64,000 nucleotides of DNA, taken from Chiloscyllium plagiosum. Its lineage: Eukaryota. The notes beneath the pieces are model-generated. The model searched no databases. It worked only from the letters and a program-made list of their open reading frames with translations, and was not told the origin of the DNA. Where the stretch lies: positions 43,480,219-43,544,218 of the forward strand of contig NC_057731.1 of NCBI RefSeq assembly GCF_004010195.1. The letters run 5' to 3'. This document shows positions 62,285 through 64,000 of the stretch, piece after piece (position 1 is the stretch's first letter; each line of letters begins with the position of its first letter). The position numbers and the translations under genes were made by a program.

Positions 62285-62608
62285 AGAATCCTCACAGGGT
62301 GGAAACTGGCCTTTTGGCCCAACAAATCCATACTTATCCTCCGAAGAGTAATCACCCCCAGACCCTATTACTCTACATTTACCCTGACTAACCTGCACAT
62401 CACTGAACGCTGCAGTCAATTTAGCATGGCCAATTCACCTAACTTACACATCTTTGGAATGTGGGAGTAAGCCAGAGCACCCAGAGGAAACCCATGCAGA
62501 CACAGGAAGAATGTGCAAACTCCACACAGTCGCCCAAGGCTGGGGTCAAACCTGGGTCCCTAGAAATGTGAGACAGCAGTGTTAACCACTAAGCCACCAT
62601 GCCACCCC
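62285..62608 (-). mobile_element. tRNA-derived SINE (HE1/V-SINE-like)
   Basis: Same family as 7766-8061. Confidence 0.85.
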
Positions 62609-62619
62609 AATGGGTGATA

Positions 62620-62990
62620 TATCTCAGCCTCTCCCAGATGTCCCCAGCATCATAGACACCAGTGTTCAGCCAACTTGATTCACTCCACATACTATCAAAC
62701 AAACAGCTAAAGGCACTGGATATTGCAAATGCAATGGGCCCTGACAATAGTCTAGCAATCATACTGAAAATTGGTAATCCAGAACCTGTTGCACCCCTAG
62801 CCAATTTGGTCCATTACAGTTACAACACTGGCATGTACCCAACAATGTGGAAAATTGCCCAGATATACCCTGTACATAAACAGCAGGACAAAGCCAACCC
62901 AGCCAATTATTGTGCGATCAGTCTCATCAACAAAGTGATGGAATATTCCAACAACTCTGCTATCAGGCAGCACTTACTCAGCAGTCACCA
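62620..62990 (+). mobile_element. Non-LTR RT fragment
   Basis: KALDIANAMGPDN...PTMWKIAQIYPVHKQQDKANPANY (RT domains 0-1). Confidence 0.85.
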
Positions 62991-63244
62991 GGTGTGGGCA
63001 ATACATACACCACAATCCATGAATGAATGAGAAAATTGTCACTTGGCAGATTTCTAAATGCTGTGGCTGAGTGTGTAGGTTTGAAGCTGGATTATTCAGG
63101 ACACTCTGGAATGAATAGGGGCTGGTGGAATTCTCATAAAGTCTTGAGAACATGCCAATGGAACCTGAGCATCTAATGGATGGTATTTCAGTAAGTGAAA
63201 GGAGCAGTCAGACAGTAATCCATGTAACCTCCTCAACTGTGGGC

Positions 63245-63680
63245 TTTGAGCTATAGGGAGAGGCTGAATAGATTGGGGCTATTTTCCCTGGAGTGTCAGA
63301 GGCTGAGGGGCGATCTTATCGAGGTTTGTAAAATTCTGAGGGGCATAGATAGAGTGAATAGTCAAGGTCTTTTCCCGGGTTAAGCGAGTCTAAAACTAGA
63401 TGGCATAGGTTTAAGATGAGAGGGGCAAGATTTAAAAGGGACCTAATTGGCAATCTTTTCATGCAAAGGGTGGTGTGTGTATGGAATGAGCCATCAGAGG
63501 AAGTGGTGGAGGCTGGTACAATTACAATATTTAAAAGGCACCTGGATGGATATATGAATAGGAAAGATTTAGAGAGATATGGGCCAAATGTTGGCAAATG
63601 GGATGAGTTTTATTTAGGATATGTGGTGGGCATGGATGTGTTGGACCAAAAGGTCTGTTTCCATGCTCTACAGCTCTGTG
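63245..63680 (+). mobile_element. CR1 3' end
   Basis: RLRGDLIEV...QRVVCVWNE. Confidence 0.88.
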
Positions 63681-63718
63681 TCATGAGGAAAATCAGTCTC
63701 TTCTCTTTAATTTCCCAG

Positions 63719-63750
63719 GATTGAAGTTCTGAATGACAGACCAGTGATCG
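63719..63750 (+). other. Candidate 32-nt internal exon (only open frame IEVLNDRPVI)
   Basis: TCTCTTCTCTTTAATTTCCCAG acceptor and TCG|GTGAGT donor. Confidence 0.3.
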
Positions 63751-64000
63751 GTGAGTGATCCCAATATGTTCTTGCTGAGGAACAGGCTGCTGCAGGTATT
63801 GGGTGACCTGAGGTAACAGATTCCACTGAGGGCCTCCTCATTACACAGCCAGGGAGAGGGGGAGAGAGAATAGTTGAGAGACATAGAGAAAGAGATAAAT
63901 CAATAGAAAAAGACAGCTAGTGGGACAGAATGTGATGGTTGAGGCTAACACAGAGAGATGCACCAACAGTTAATGTTTATATAGAACCTTTAATGTAAAG

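Noticed and set aside
35600-64000. Exons of the expected syntenic neighbour CFAP58 (and CFAP43 upstream of GSTO)
   Set aside because: No recognisable matching coding exon found by eye; tBLASTn would be decisive

Overview
Repeat-rich vertebrate genomic DNA. The repeat content (CR1 LINEs, HE1/V-type tRNA SINEs, DeuSINE remnants, Penelope elements) suggests a cartilaginous fish, probably a shark; this is inference. Two protein genes are well supported and converge tail to tail. The first is a six-exon omega-class glutathione S-transferase (GSTO1-like, + strand, CDS 10562-21231, 239 aa, CPFA active site) with an Nrf2-type ARE upstream. The second is ITPRIP (- strand, single coding exon 25968-24280, 562 aa, Mab-21/cGAS-like fold) with a probable non-coding first exon near 35.5 kb. 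Most other ORFs in the track are transposon fragments or translations of tandem repeats. The most notable unannotated signal is a population of minimal hammerhead-ribozyme motifs (CTGAnGA-stem II-GAA-ACGT/AGCT-H) carried by several Penelope-derived elements. One of them is a TSD-flanked composite at 45071-45876 with two identical ribozymes bracketing captured DNA. Other signals are a perfect 97-nt inverted templated insertion, minisatellites derived from SINE/LINE fragments, and two orphan candidate exons. I found no evidence for a novel multi-gene system. Repeat boundaries were read by eye and are approximate unless a TSD is cited.
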